Of a stretch of 64,000 nucleotides of DNA, positions 49,649 through 60,700 are shown one piece after another (positions within the stretch are counted from its first letter, which is position 1; each line of letters starts with the position of its first letter). Origin of the DNA: Flavobacteriaceae bacterium UBA4166 (GTDB taxonomy: Bacteria > Bacteroidota > Bacteroidia > Flavobacteriales > Flavobacteriaceae); NCBI GenBank assembly GCA_002379985.1, contig DFVG01000010.1, forward strand, positions 4,630 to 68,629. The letters run 5' to 3'. The notes under the pieces were generated by a model. The model had not been told where the DNA came from. It did not search any database and saw nothing but the letters and a program-made list of their open reading frames with translations. The translations under genes and the position numbers were made by a program.

Positions 49649-50599
49649 TTAAAATGTGCTCATTTCGTTTAGTTTACGAAGTTCTTCTTTCGACAGCTCC
49701 ATTTGAATAGCATCTTTGAAGGCTTGTAAGTGTTCCTCTTTTGTCGCACTTGCAATAGGCGCTGAGATTCCAGGTTGGTGCATCACCCACGCCAAGGCAA
49801 TGGCAGCCGATGTAGTTTGTTGATGATTTGCGATGTCTTCCAACACCATCAAGAGTTTTTTGGTATCTGCATTCCAGTGCTTTTTCACGTAATCGGTTCG
49901 GGAAGAATTCTCTAAGTCTTTTTCATTTCGGTATTTTCCGGAAAGCAATCCGCTTGCGAGCGAAAAGTAAGACGCTACTCCAAGTTGGTGTTGTTTACAA
50001 TAGTTTTGTAATTCGCCTTCAAAAGAATTACGCGACAAGAGATTGTACTCCGGTTGCACGACCTGATACTTCGGAAGGCCGTGCTCAGCGGCTATTTGTT
50101 CAGATTCTTTCAATCGGTCAACCGAAAAATTCGAGGCTCCAACAAAACGTACTTTTCCTTCGTCCATCAACTCTTGGTAGACCGAAAGGGTTTCCTTTGG
50201 CGTAGTTGTCTCATCATCTTTGTGACTATAATATAAGTCGATGTAGTCTGTTTGAAGTCGGCGTAACGAATCTTCCACTGATGCACGGATATGTGATTTT
50301 GAAAGGTCGATCTTTCCTTGCCCCATATCCATACCCACTTTGGTACAAATTATAAGGTCGTTGCGATTGCCGCGTTCTTTCATCCACTTCCCAAGGATGG
50401 ACTCACTCTCTCCGCCTTCATTGCCGGGAGCCCATCTTGAGTAGACATCTGCTGTATCAATGGTTTGAATTCCCATATCAAACATCAAATCTAAGATGGC
50501 GAAAGATTCTTTTTCGTTGAGTGTCCACCCAAATACATTCCCTCCAAAAATAATGGGAGAAATAGACAGATCGGTGCTTCCAAGTTTTTTGTATTGCAT
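49649..50599 (-). CDS. aldo/keto reductase
   Basis: MQYKKLGSTDLSISPIIFGGN, IDTADVYS and the LYYSHKDD pattern. Confidence 0.9.
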   Translation of the reverse strand: MQYKKLGSTDLSISPIIFGGNVFGWTLNEKESFAILDLMFDMGIQTIDTADVYSRWAPGNEGGESESILGKWMKERGNRNDLIICTKVGMDMGQGKIDLSKSHIRASVEDSLRRLQTDYIDLYYSHKDDETTTPKETLSVYQELMDEGKVRFVGASNFSVDRLKESEQIAAEHGLPKYQVVQPEYNLLSRNSFEGELQNYCKQHQLGVASYFSLASGLLSGKYRNEKDLENSSRTDYVKKHWNADTKKLLMVLEDIANHQQTTSAAIALAWVMHQPGISAPIASATKEEHLQAFKDAIQMELSKEELRKLNEMSTF

Positions 50600-50603
50600 G
50601 TTC

Positions 50604-50792
50604 TTAGTTTCTTTTGTCTTGTTTTCTTTTTCGCATCCACAACAACACCAAAATAACAGCAACAATGGGCAAGATCACATAGATAATAAGGTCGGCCGGA
50701 TCTGATAGATCGATGGGCGTATTATTATCTGGATGCGGTACATTTTCAGGAATTTGTAAGAAAAATCCAATAACTGCTGTGAAAGTGTGCAT
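50604..50792 (-). CDS. possible small membrane protein
   Basis: 62-aa ORF with a C-terminal TM (LIIYVILPIVAVILVLLW) and a basic tail. Ends 5 nt before the AKR start. Confidence 0.3.
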   Translation of the reverse strand: MHTFTAVIGFFLQIPENVPHPDNNTPIDLSDPADLIIYVILPIVAVILVLLWMRKRKQDKRN

Positions 50793-50925
50793 AGCGCTCT
50801 AATTTTCTCTTGAAGGTACAGAAAGCGTATTTTTCGCGCCAATTTTTAACAATTTGTGTTAAGGTTTTGGAATTGTCAAATCTAAGGGTTACTATAGAGG
50901 GTTAAACAAAATGAAATAGGATTAT

Positions 50926-51792
50926 ATGAGACAACTCAAAATTACCAAGCAGGTTACAAACCGTGAAACGAAATCGTTGAACAATTACCTACAAGATGTT
51001 AGTAAAATTGAAATGATTTCAGCAGATGAAGAGGTAGAGTTGGCAAGAAAAATTAAGGAAGGCGATCAAGTAGCACTAAACCGATTAACCAAAGCAAATT
51101 TACGCTTTGTTATTTCCGTAGCGAAACAATACCAGAACCAAGGATTACGACTCCCCGATTTGATTAATGAAGGAAACGTAGGATTGGTAAAGGCAGCAAA
51201 ACGATTTGATGAAACTCGTGGTTTTAAGTTCATTTCGTATGCTGTATGGTGGATCCGTCAATCGATTTTACAAGCCATCGCTGAGCATGCACGTGTGGTG
51301 CGACTTCCCCTTAATAAAATTGGCGAGATCAATAAAATACGAAAAGCTTCCAATCACTTGCAACAAGTATACGAACGCGTTCCTACTGCAAAGGAGATCG
51401 CGCAAGAATTGGATATCACAGAAAGCAAAGTGAAGTTAGCACTCAAAAACAGTAATCGAAGTTTATCGATGGACGCTCCTTTTCAGGAAGGTGAGAACGA
51501 TAACAACCTTTATGATGTTATTAGTAGTGGCGAGTCTCCAAAACCAGACAAAACCTTGTTGATGGACTCTTTGAAAACGGAGATCAACCGCGCGTTGAAT
51601 ACCCTTTCAGAGAAAGAAGCGAATATCATCAAGTTGAATTTTGGATTGGAAGGACAGCCTGCAAAGACACTTCAAGAAATTGGAGATGATTTTGATTTGA
51701 GTCGAGAGCGTGTACGCCAGATTAGAGAAAAAGCCATTCGTAATCTTCGTAGAGAATCCAAAAGTCATATTCTAAAGAAGTATTTAGGATAA
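50926..51792 (+). CDS. rpoD: primary RNA polymerase sigma factor (sigma-70/RpoD, short Bacteroidota form)
   Basis: Regions 2-4 are present: NLRFVISVAKQY, YAVWWIRQSI and FDLSRERVRQIREKA. 288 aa. Confidence 0.95.
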   Translation: MRQLKITKQVTNRETKSLNNYLQDVSKIEMISADEEVELARKIKEGDQVALNRLTKANLRFVISVAKQYQNQGLRLPDLINEGNVGLVKAAKRFDETRGFKFISYAVWWIRQSILQAIAEHARVVRLPLNKIGEINKIRKASNHLQQVYERVPTAKEIAQELDITESKVKLALKNSNRSLSMDAPFQEGENDNNLYDVISSGESPKPDKTLLMDSLKTEINRALNTLSEKEANIIKLNFGLEGQPAKTLQEIGDDFDLSRERVRQIREKAIRNLRRESKSHILKKYLG

Positions 51793-51881
51793 CAACTCGA
51801 TCATCTCACTATTTTTTATGATTTCCTTAGTCATTCGCTAGGACTTTGCCCTATATCTTTAGGGGTGACTAACCGCGCTAT

Positions 51882-53705
51882 ATGACAGGAGAAATAATTT
51901 TAGTGTTTGGCATCTTATTGGCAACAATTATCTTATTTGCCATCGAGATCTTTCCGGTTGATAAGGTTGCCATCTTATTAATTGTAGCCTTAAGCCTTTC
52001 GGGACTCGTAAGTCCGGAAGAAGCGATTTCCGGATTTTCAAACACCGCCACCATCACCATTCTGGCATTGATGATTTTGGCGTTAGGTATGGAAGATACG
52101 GGTGTGATCGCCACCTTAGCCCGGTTTCTCAATAAGCTGCATGCCCTTCCACTATTATTACTAGTGCCGGCCTTTATGTTTATCACAGCGGGTATTTCAG
52201 CATTTATTAGTACTACTGCGGTGGTGATCGTATTCATTAAGATCATTGGAGAGTTAAGCAAACGATTTGATATTCCTCGCTCTAAGTTATTGATGCCTAT
52301 TTCTTTCGCAGGAATCATGGGAGGTAGTTGTACATTGATGGGAACCTCTACCAACCTGCTGGTAAACAGTACCGCACAAAAGCTTGGGGCAGAACGCTTC
52401 AGTTTTTTTGAATTCTCGCTCTACGGTCTTATCTTTCTTGTCATTGCTGTTGTGGTGGTGACAATTGCTTCTCGATGGCTTCCGAAAGAAAGTTCGCCGA
52501 GCCTGGAAGAAGAATATAAATTAGAAGATTATGTTACTACGGTGCATATTTTAGAGGATTCCGAATTAATCGATAAAAAGATTCAGGACACCTTTCTCTT
52601 CGGAAATAAAAATATCGCTGTCCTAAAACTGATTCGAAAAGGCGTGGTTACCAATGCTCCTGGAAAGTACATTCAATTGCAACAACATGATAAGTTGATC
52701 CTCATGTGTGATTTTGAAAATTTGGTGCGATTGCATCAGGCCAATCATTTGAGTGTACACGAAAAGCAGCATTTACATAAGATTCCGGAAGAAGCGATGG
52801 AGGCCATCTCAGAAGTTCCCGAAACGGAAGTTCCTGTTGAATTTGTAGAGTTATTGATCTTACCGGGTTCTGATCTCATCGGAAAGAACTTACGAGACCT
52901 TCGGAGCGAAAACATTGGAGACGCAACGCCGATTGGTGTTCAAAAACGAAGAAATATTAGAAACACGAGAGAACGCTTGATTCGAAAAGATTTTGAGAAG
53001 ATCAATTTAAAACCGGGCGACCGTCTTTTAGTAAACGTCCCTGAAAATGAACTTGAAAGTTTGTATCAATTAACAAACATTGCAGTCTTGCGGGAAATGG
53101 AAGCGATAGAAAATCCTTCCGGAACCAAACGCTATTTAGGATTTGGAATTCTACTATCAGTCATCGGACTGGCAGCGTCTGGAGTTCTGTCAATTTTAAT
53201 AAGTTCTCTATTAGGGGTTTCCCTATTATTACTTACTGGTTGCATTTCACTGAACAATGTGTACCACCGCGTGAACTGGCAAGTTATCTTTTTATTGGCC
53301 GGAATGATCCCTTTAGGGGTGGCCATGCATAATACGGGAGCAGACGTTTGGATCTCTGAACAGCTTATGACAATCATGAGCGGTCAATCGAGTATGTTTA
53401 TTATCGGACTCATATTTTTGGTGACGATGCTCATGAGCGGGATCATCAGCAATAATGCCACCGCGATCATCATGACGCCCATCGCCATTGCCGTGGCAAC
53501 CGGACTAGAGTTATCCTTAATGCCATTTTTGCTTGCGGTGCTTTTTGGTGCGAATTTTAGCTTTTTCACGCCCATGGGATATCAAACCAATACATTGATA
53601 TATGGTATGGGTATTTATAAATTTAAACACTTTTTATGGATAGGAGGCATCTTATCAATTGTCCTTTGGGCAGTAGGAACCTTATTACTATCCACCTTAT
53701 TATAA
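51882..53705 (+). CDS. SLC13/DASS-family permease with central TrkA-C (RCK_C) domains
   Basis: TM bundles at both ends. The central soluble region has two TrkA-C-like units (VHILEDSELIDKKI..., LILPGSDLIGKNL...). Confidence 0.8.
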   Translation: MTGEIILVFGILLATIILFAIEIFPVDKVAILLIVALSLSGLVSPEEAISGFSNTATITILALMILALGMEDTGVIATLARFLNKLHALPLLLLVPAFMFITAGISAFISTTAVVIVFIKIIGELSKRFDIPRSKLLMPISFAGIMGGSCTLMGTSTNLLVNSTAQKLGAERFSFFEFSLYGLIFLVIAVVVVTIASRWLPKESSPSLEEEYKLEDYVTTVHILEDSELIDKKIQDTFLFGNKNIAVLKLIRKGVVTNAPGKYIQLQQHDKLILMCDFENLVRLHQANHLSVHEKQHLHKIPEEAMEAISEVPETEVPVEFVELLILPGSDLIGKNLRDLRSENIGDATPIGVQKRRNIRNTRERLIRKDFEKINLKPGDRLLVNVPENELESLYQLTNIAVLREMEAIENPSGTKRYLGFGILLSVIGLAASGVLSILISSLLGVSLLLLTGCISLNNVYHRVNWQVIFLLAGMIPLGVAMHNTGADVWISEQLMTIMSGQSSMFIIGLIFLVTMLMSGIISNNATAIIMTPIAIAVATGLELSLMPFLLAVLFGANFSFFTPMGYQTNTLIYGMGIYKFKHFLWIGGILSIVLWAVGTLLLSTLL

Positions 53706-53724
53706 ACCAACAAAACAAAACGTT

Positions 53725-54621
53725 ATGGAATTTTCAATAAACGACGCCATTAATAATTTATGGGAAAAACTTGATGGCTGGTTAGACGCTATTATTCTGA
53801 AATTACCCAATATGGTAGTCGCTATTCTGGTGATGATCCTATTTTATTTCCTGGCCAAGTACGTGAGTCGATTTACCAAGAAAATCGCTTTTAAAGGAAT
53901 CAAACAGGAATCCATTAAGCAGATGCTTACCAAGATTCTTTTTGCAGTCATCTTATTGGTAGGGTTTTTTATTGCCCTCGGAATACTAGAGCTCGACAAA
54001 GCGCTTACCTCTATCTTAGCCGGAGCAGGTGTCGTTGGACTGGCAATCGGTCTGGCCCTCCAAGGAACCTTAGGCAACACGGTTTCAGGATTGGTACTTT
54101 CCTTCCTGCCGAAGGTACGTATTGGTGATTTTATAGAAACAGGCGATAAAAAAGGATATGTTACTGAAATTAGCCTTCGGAATATTGTAATCCGTCAAAC
54201 CGATAATGAATATGTCATTATTCCAAATTCCACGTTTGTAGACAACCCATTCACAAACTATTCGTGGACCGAACGTTCTCGTATTGATGTTGCCTGCGGC
54301 GTGGGTTATGAAGATGATTTAGAAAAAGTAGAGCGCCTAGTGACAGAAGTGATCGATCAGAATTTTGAGCAGCTTGAAGGAGAGGGTGTTGAATTCTTTT
54401 TTACGGAATTTGGTGATAGCTCTATCAATTTTGTGACGCGATTCTGGATTAACAGTACGAAACCAAAACCCAAATTGGCTGCAAAACATAAAGCCATTAT
54501 GCTCATTAAAAAACGTTTCGATGCCGAAGGAGTCAATATCCCCTTCCCGATTCGCACCTTGGATTTTGGCAAAAATCAGTTGCAAATGGTTTCGAAACAT
54601 TCTGGAAACGGAACGTCATAA
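53725..54621 (+). CDS. mechanosensitive ion channel (MscS family)
   Basis: Three TM helices followed by the VRIGDFIE...GYVTEISLRNIVIRQTDNEYVIIPNS beta-domain. Confidence 0.85.
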   Translation: MEFSINDAINNLWEKLDGWLDAIILKLPNMVVAILVMILFYFLAKYVSRFTKKIAFKGIKQESIKQMLTKILFAVILLVGFFIALGILELDKALTSILAGAGVVGLAIGLALQGTLGNTVSGLVLSFLPKVRIGDFIETGDKKGYVTEISLRNIVIRQTDNEYVIIPNSTFVDNPFTNYSWTERSRIDVACGVGYEDDLEKVERLVTEVIDQNFEQLEGEGVEFFFTEFGDSSINFVTRFWINSTKPKPKLAAKHKAIMLIKKRFDAEGVNIPFPIRTLDFGKNQLQMVSKHSGNGTS

Positions 54622-54647
54622 ATCAAATCTTTTTGCATCAAGAAAAA

Positions 54648-54678
54648 AAGAGGGTTGGAAAACAACCCTCTTTTTTAT
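54648..54678 (+). terminator. rho-independent terminator
   Basis: aagagggttg / caaccctctt stem followed by TTTTTATT. Confidence 0.7.
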
Positions 54679-54802
54679 TCATTATCAGCCTCTTAAAAAT
54701 TACGTTATCAGACTTTTAACAAAACAATAGCATTCCTTAGGGAAAAACTTTAAGGATACCACCCTTTATTTGTACTCAACAAACCTATTAAACTAAATAA
54801 TC

Positions 54803-55657
54803 ATGAAAATGAAACTTGCACTTCCCCTAATCGCAGGAGCCTTAATTTTTACTTCCTGTGTTTCAAAAAAGAAATATGTAGAATTACAAGACCAATACAA
54901 TGAGTCGCAATCAGCTTTGATGAAGACTCAGGTCGAAAAAGAAAAGATCGAGGCAAAATATGCCGCCATCGAAGAACGTGTTGCCAACTACAACGCGAAA
55001 ATCAAATCCCTTTCTGATACCAACGAAGATCTTGAGATGAACAGCTTGAGAAAGTATGAGAATGTGGTCCTTTCGAATAAAGAAAAGGAACAGATGAAAA
55101 AAGCGTTGGCAAATGTAGATCAACAAGAGTTGGCTCAAGCGCAAACTCTTCAGGACAGTATGAATTTGATCATTTCTTATAACTTGAAGAAAAACTTAGA
55201 CAACAATCTTGTAGCCGACGGTGAAGAGGATGATATTAACATCGATATAGATGATACCGTTGTAATGATCAATATTTCCGATAAGCTATTATTTAATTCC
55301 GGAAGTTACCGTGTAAACCCTAAAGCTAATGATTTATTGGGCCGACTTGCTGAAATCATTAATAGTGAACCTGCTTTAGAGGTAATGATCGAAGGACATA
55401 CCGATGCTCGCACTGTGAAAAACGGAGCCTATATTAAAGATAATTGGGAGTTGAGTGTGGAACGTTCTACTGCAGTGATTAGAACCCTGCAAGACAAATT
55501 TAACGTAGCACCTGAGAAATTAATCGCGGCCGGGCGTAGTAGTTACAATCCTGTTGCAGATAATGAAACTGCCGATGGACGCTCAAAAAACCGTAGAACA
55601 CGTATTGTCATTCTACCAAACTTAGATAAATTCTTAGCGCTGTTATCAGCTAACTAA
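54803..55657 (+). CDS. OmpA/MotB-family lipoprotein with coiled-coil N-region
   Basis: Lipobox FTSC. C-terminal IEGHTDARTV...WELSVERS...NRRTRIVIL OmpA-like domain. Confidence 0.85.
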   Translation: MKMKLALPLIAGALIFTSCVSKKKYVELQDQYNESQSALMKTQVEKEKIEAKYAAIEERVANYNAKIKSLSDTNEDLEMNSLRKYENVVLSNKEKEQMKKALANVDQQELAQAQTLQDSMNLIISYNLKKNLDNNLVADGEEDDINIDIDDTVVMINISDKLLFNSGSYRVNPKANDLLGRLAEIINSEPALEVMIEGHTDARTVKNGAYIKDNWELSVERSTAVIRTLQDKFNVAPEKLIAAGRSSYNPVADNETADGRSKNRRTRIVILPNLDKFLALLSAN

Positions 55658-55683
55658 GATTTGCAACTCTTTTGAAAGAATAA

Positions 55684-55711
55684 AAAGCGGCTCCTGAAGC
55701 CGCTTTTTTTA
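55684..55711 (+). terminator. rho-independent terminator
   Basis: aagcggct / agccgctt stem with loop cctga, followed by TTTTTTTATT. Confidence 0.75.
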
Positions 55712-55780
55712 TTTCTTGATCTCAAATTATGTATCTTTAAGTAACCGTACGATGATTGCCCGTATCTAGACCCCCACGTT

Positions 55781-56212
55781 ATGCAGGTTATAAATTCACC
55801 TTTCTACGCTGATTGTCTTCATACCATCAAAAAACCATTTGGTGAATTTTTTATATTCCCCGATTTTGTGATTGGTGAAATTTCTGAAGGGGTACATTAC
55901 AATTGGGATCTTGCCATTGAGGTGATTGAAGAAGTATATGAGTATTTTGGATCCAGAGATATTGATGTGACTTATATTTCAAACCGTATACACTCCTATT
56001 CATTACATCCACAAGACTGGATAAAATTTTTTAAGAATAACCACTATATCAATGGCTTCGGAATAGTTACTTATAACAAAATTACCTTTAAGAATGTACT
56101 TATCGAGAAATTATTCTTTACCTCAAACCTTCGCCAATTTGAAACACTCGAAGCTGCCATAGATTGGGCACTATCGCTTTCTTCAAGAAACAAAAGACGC
56201 AAAAAGGGATAA
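55781..56212 (+). CDS. hypothetical protein, possibly STAS/SpoIIAA-like fold
   Basis: 143 aa. The C-terminal FETLEAAIDWALSL ending resembles STAS/SEC14-like small proteins. Tentative. Confidence 0.35.
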   Translation: MQVINSPFYADCLHTIKKPFGEFFIFPDFVIGEISEGVHYNWDLAIEVIEEVYEYFGSRDIDVTYISNRIHSYSLHPQDWIKFFKNNHYINGFGIVTYNKITFKNVLIEKLFFTSNLRQFETLEAAIDWALSLSSRNKRRKKG

Positions 56213-56291
56213 GATAAAAATAAGTAGTGTTAAAATCTTAATGTTTTGTTAAAGGAATTGATAAATAGACTAGATTTGTTGCCATATATCT

Positions 56292-56663
56292 ATGATCATG
56301 GCGTTACAACATCTTACCGATTTCTGTGAATTACATCTCTTTGACCGGTATGCGATTCTTAAGACATTTGAGAATCAATTGATGGATTCTAAAAAAGTAA
56401 AAGCGCTTCAAAAAATGTTTGCAGCACATTTTAAGGCCAGTGAATTTGTATTAATCTCCGATCGAAGTCATCAATACCAAATAGATCTAAATATCTACAA
56501 AGGCCCGAAAATACCAACCCTAAAGGGTGTTGCCGTTGTTTCAAAGACACCAGGTGAACGAGACCGAGCTTTACAGGAACAATCGCTGTACGATAATAGT
56601 TTTGCCTTTTTTGAGAATCTTGACGACGCTGTTCAATGGGCAAAAGCATTTTTCCGCTATTAG
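56292..56663 (+). CDS. hypothetical protein, distant paralogue of 55781-56212 (STAS-like?)
   Basis: 123 aa. Same layout and a similar ending (FENLDDAVQWAKAFF). Tentative. Confidence 0.35.
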   Translation: MIMALQHLTDFCELHLFDRYAILKTFENQLMDSKKVKALQKMFAAHFKASEFVLISDRSHQYQIDLNIYKGPKIPTLKGVAVVSKTPGERDRALQEQSLYDNSFAFFENLDDAVQWAKAFFRY

Positions 56664-56675
56664 CAGAATTCAATG

Positions 56676-57290
56676 TTACCCTGATACAGCAGGAAATTCT
56701 TCCAGCGCTTCAACAAGTTGATAAATATCTGAAATATCCTTTTCGGGCTCAATCTCTTGAAGGTCTGAAATTCTCTGATATTTTAAATGATAACAGTTGT
56801 CATTTGTATCACTGCTATACAACTCATCAATGACGCATACATTATTCTGAAATTTTATGATGTATGCGGTCGCTTCTTTAATTTTATTCTTCCGAATCTT
56901 CTGCCCCACCACAACACTGCCTTTGGCGACAGACGGATGGGTAGACTCTTCTATCTTTAAAACGATAATATTTCGGTTGGTATTTACTAATTTTAGCTTG
57001 CGTACATCCGACTCAACCACTAAAAGTCGTTTTTGTTGATGTGAATCCGACTTCAATGTTACATCTTCTGTCGGTTGAGTTTCTCGTTCTTCTCCAAAGA
57101 AAATATAATTTAGATTCAATTGACGCTCGTTACAAAGTGCGATTACCTTATTAAAATCAAGCGTATCCCTTTTTTTCCAAGTAGAAAGTGTATTGGGTTT
57201 TATATCTAAAAGTTTACAGAGTGCTTTATCTGAGGTAAGTAGAAGTTCATTTTTTATTCTTTCGATTACGGTAATAGCCGATTGTGCCAT
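56676..57290 (-). CDS. CI-repressor-type HTH regulator with uncharacterised C-terminal domain
   Basis: N-terminal IERIKNELLLTSDKALCKLLDIKPNTLSTWKKRDTLDFNKVIALC resembles the phage CI repressor HTH domain. Confidence 0.6.
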   Translation of the reverse strand: MAQSAITVIERIKNELLLTSDKALCKLLDIKPNTLSTWKKRDTLDFNKVIALCNERQLNLNYIFFGEERETQPTEDVTLKSDSHQQKRLLVVESDVRKLKLVNTNRNIIVLKIEESTHPSVAKGSVVVGQKIRKNKIKEATAYIIKFQNNVCVIDELYSSDTNDNCYHLKYQRISDLQEIEPEKDISDIYQLVEALEEFPAVSG

Positions 57291-57754
57291 ATATCACTTT
57301 TTACTAATACATGCCCAACATTGGGGAGGTATGTTACAGATCACTTTTAAACACCTTCTGGAGAATAAAAGCAACTTTTAATTAGGGAGTTAACTCGAAT
57401 AAAGATACCATTATTTGCAAATAAGTCAAGTTTAAATTCAAATTCCAACATTTTTGTAACAACTTCTAATTAAAAATAAGAAAATGTTAACGTTTCTTCC
57501 CCTTGATCGTAAGCTTTAAGACTGCAATATTCATAGGGTCTTCATGGTTTTTTCTTAGACTCATCTCAAAATGAGAACTCTCTTATTGAGAATATTTAAC
57601 ATATTTTTAAGATTTATTTTTATAACTTAGACCATATATCGATGATTCTAGACTTTCATCGCGAGCGAATCCTCACCTTGTAGTAATTACTACTTGTTCG
57701 TTAGAAGTAACGATTATTCGTTGCACATAAGAAGAACTTCAAAGCCCCGAATAT

Positions 57755-60700
57755 ATGATACGATTTCTACCTAATCCGTTTGTCTGTCTCTTGATCTTTT
57801 TAATCTATCACAGCAGTACGACCCTGTTGATGAGTCAGACCCCAACTTTAGCTAATCAAGTAACCCTTAGCAATCATGTGGATGACCCCGAAAACGCCAC
57901 TGAAGACAATGAAGAATTCGCCGTACTTAATTCGTATGGTGGAGATATTCTGGGTGGCGGAAGCTTTTCAGGAGAATTAGAGCTTGCCTTTCCTGAACAA
58001 GTTCCTGCCAATACTACCACCTATATCCGAATCGATTTTGATGAAGATATCTTGAATGCACTCCTCGGCGGAAGTTTAGGCACACTACTTGCCGATGTGG
58101 TTGGAACCATCGTTTTTGGCAATCACTACTTCAATGTAGAAGCGAGAAACGGAAGCGATACCGTGTTAAACAAATCATCCATAGTTCCGCCAGATAACTG
58201 GCGCTTTAGAATTGTACAAGATGATGAAGCTAACTTCTATATCGCCATTACTCCTAATCAGCCCTATGACAGAATTTATATTGAAGACAATACAGATGCT
58301 TTACTGCTGGGCACCTTTAATAGCATGAATGTATACAAGGCGTTCTACTATGCAGAAGCCGATTGTGCTATCGATCCCTTGTTTACTGATTTTGACGGAA
58401 ATGGACTAACGGTTGACCTGCTAGATTTAGGGGGAGCCGGAGTAACCAACCCACATCATGCCATTGATCAAGACACTACCAATTTTTCTGAAATTAGCTT
58501 GGGAATTATTGGCGTAGCTGCTTCTATGGAGCAAAACATTTATTTTCCGAAAACCTATAGCCCTTCTGAAACCCTAGAAATCACACTACAAACAGAACCT
58601 ACCTTAGTGACGCTGGGTATTTTAAATGAAGTGGAAGTGTTGGCTTTTGATAAGGGAGCCCTTACTTTTTACAGTGATATTAACACCTTGCTTACCGCCG
58701 ATCTATTGACGCTACTGCAAAATGGAGAACAGGCTACCATCCCTATTGAACCTGGGGTTGCCTTCGATCGCATCACGGTTCGCCTCAATTCCTTGATCGG
58801 TGTTAGTCTCTCACAATCGCTAGACCTGTATGGAGTTAGTATTACCGGACCTGCCACACCTACCACCAGTGACGATAATCAGTCCTTCTGTTTGGTCGAC
58901 GAACCTACCGTAGCCGATATAGATGTTAATGAACCTGATGTGATTTGGTATGACACACCTATGGCTGGAACTCCTTATGCACCAACAGATCCGTTGACGG
59001 ACGGTGCGACCTATTATGGGGCACAACGCGTTGAAGGTTGCGAAAGTGAAGAGCGACTTGCCGTAACCATTTCAGTAAACGATACCGATACGCCTACCAC
59101 TTCTGACGACACCCAAGAATTTTGCTTGATTGATGCGCCCACCATAGCAGACCTTCAAGCCGAAGGCCCTACAATTCAGTGGTATTTGGAACCTACAGGA
59201 GGAACACCTTTAGCTCCCAGCGAAGCACTTATGGATGGGGAAACCTACTTTGCCACCGCCACCGGAACCAATGGTTGTGAAAGCGCAAATCGATTGGAAG
59301 TTTCCGTAGTGATAGCAGACACCCCTACTCCAACGACTTCAGACGCAACACAAAGTTTCTGTTTGGTTGACACACCCACGATTGCCGATCTTGAAGCGGA
59401 AGGCCCTATGATTGTGTGGTATGACGCTCCCGAAGACGGAACGCCATACCTCCCCACAGATATTCTTGTAGACGGGGAAACGTATTTCGCTTCTGCTACG
59501 GATGCTTCCGGATGTGAAAGCGCTACTCGCTTAGAAGTAAGTGTTTCCCTGAATAACACAGACACTCCTACCACCAGCGATGCAAATCAAGATTTTTGTC
59601 AGATTGATACCCCTACTGTTTCCGACTTACAAGCGGATGGTCCTTCCATACAGTGGTACGATACTGAATCTGGCGGAACGCCGCTAGAACCTACAGAACC
59701 GCTAACAGATGGAGCAACCTACTATGCGACGGCAACTGGCACCAATGGTTGTGAAAGTATAAATCGTTTGGAAGTAGCCGTGACAATCAACAATACACCT
59801 ACACCAACAACAGACAACAGTACTCAGCAATTCTGCTTAAGTGATGCCCCTACTGTTGCCGATTTACAAGCAGACGGACCCTCTATTCAATGGTATCTTG
59901 ATGCTACCGGAGGCGCACCCTTAGCGCCAACGACAGCCCTTACAAACAACACGACCTACTACGCTACAGCGACAGACGCTTCCGGATGTGAAAGTGTGGA
60001 ACGTTTGGAAGTACTAGCCTTGCTCAATGACCCTGATGCCCCTACCACAGATAACACGACGCAAGAGTTTTGTGTTGTTGACGCTCCAACAGTAGCAGAC
60101 CTACAAGCAACGGGCGGCACAATTACATGGTATGATATGCCTACCGGAGGAACAGCATATGACCCCACAGATCCATTAGTAGACGGTCAAATCTATTATG
60201 CGACAGCGACTGATGCTAACGGATGTGAAAGCAGTGAACGTTTGGAGGTACTGGCGTCAATTTTAGACACCGATGCCCCCACCACCGATAACTCTACGCA
60301 AACGTTTTGTGTCATTGACCTTCCTACCGTGGCAAATCTACAAGCCGAAGGCGAAAATATCCAATGGTATGACGTAGCGACAGGAGGCGTGCCATTAGAC
60401 CCATCCGAACCATTGGTTTCAGGAAATACGTATTATGCAACTGCCACGAACGCCACCGGTTGTGAAAGTTCAGAACGACTTTCCGTATTGGCAACCATCG
60501 AAGATACTGATGCCCCAACAACAGACAATAGTACTCAGGAGTTCTGTCAAATAGACGAACCTAAAGTAGCAGATCTTCAGGCAACCGGCCCCAATATTGT
60601 TTGGTATGATATGCCTTCCGGCGGAACCCCTTATGACCCAACCGACCTACTTATGGACGGTACCACATACTATGCAACGGCTACCGATGCTTCCGGATGC

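Noticed and set aside
56676-57290. A prophage, suggested by the CI-type repressor.
   Set aside because: No phage structural, replication or integrase genes are nearby. The neighbours are surface-adhesin and T9SS genes.
57291-57754. An ncRNA or small gene in the 464-bp AT-rich region upstream of the adhesin.
   Set aside because: I found only short ORFs (e.g. 13 codons from 57642) and no stable hairpins or a terminator. It is most simply a long promoter and leader region. RNA-seq would be needed to say more.
58669-60521. Minus-strand ORFs of 65-109 aa inside the adhesin repeats.
   Set aside because: They recur only because the sense-strand repeat is periodic. They are antisense to a strongly supported 1375-aa CDS.
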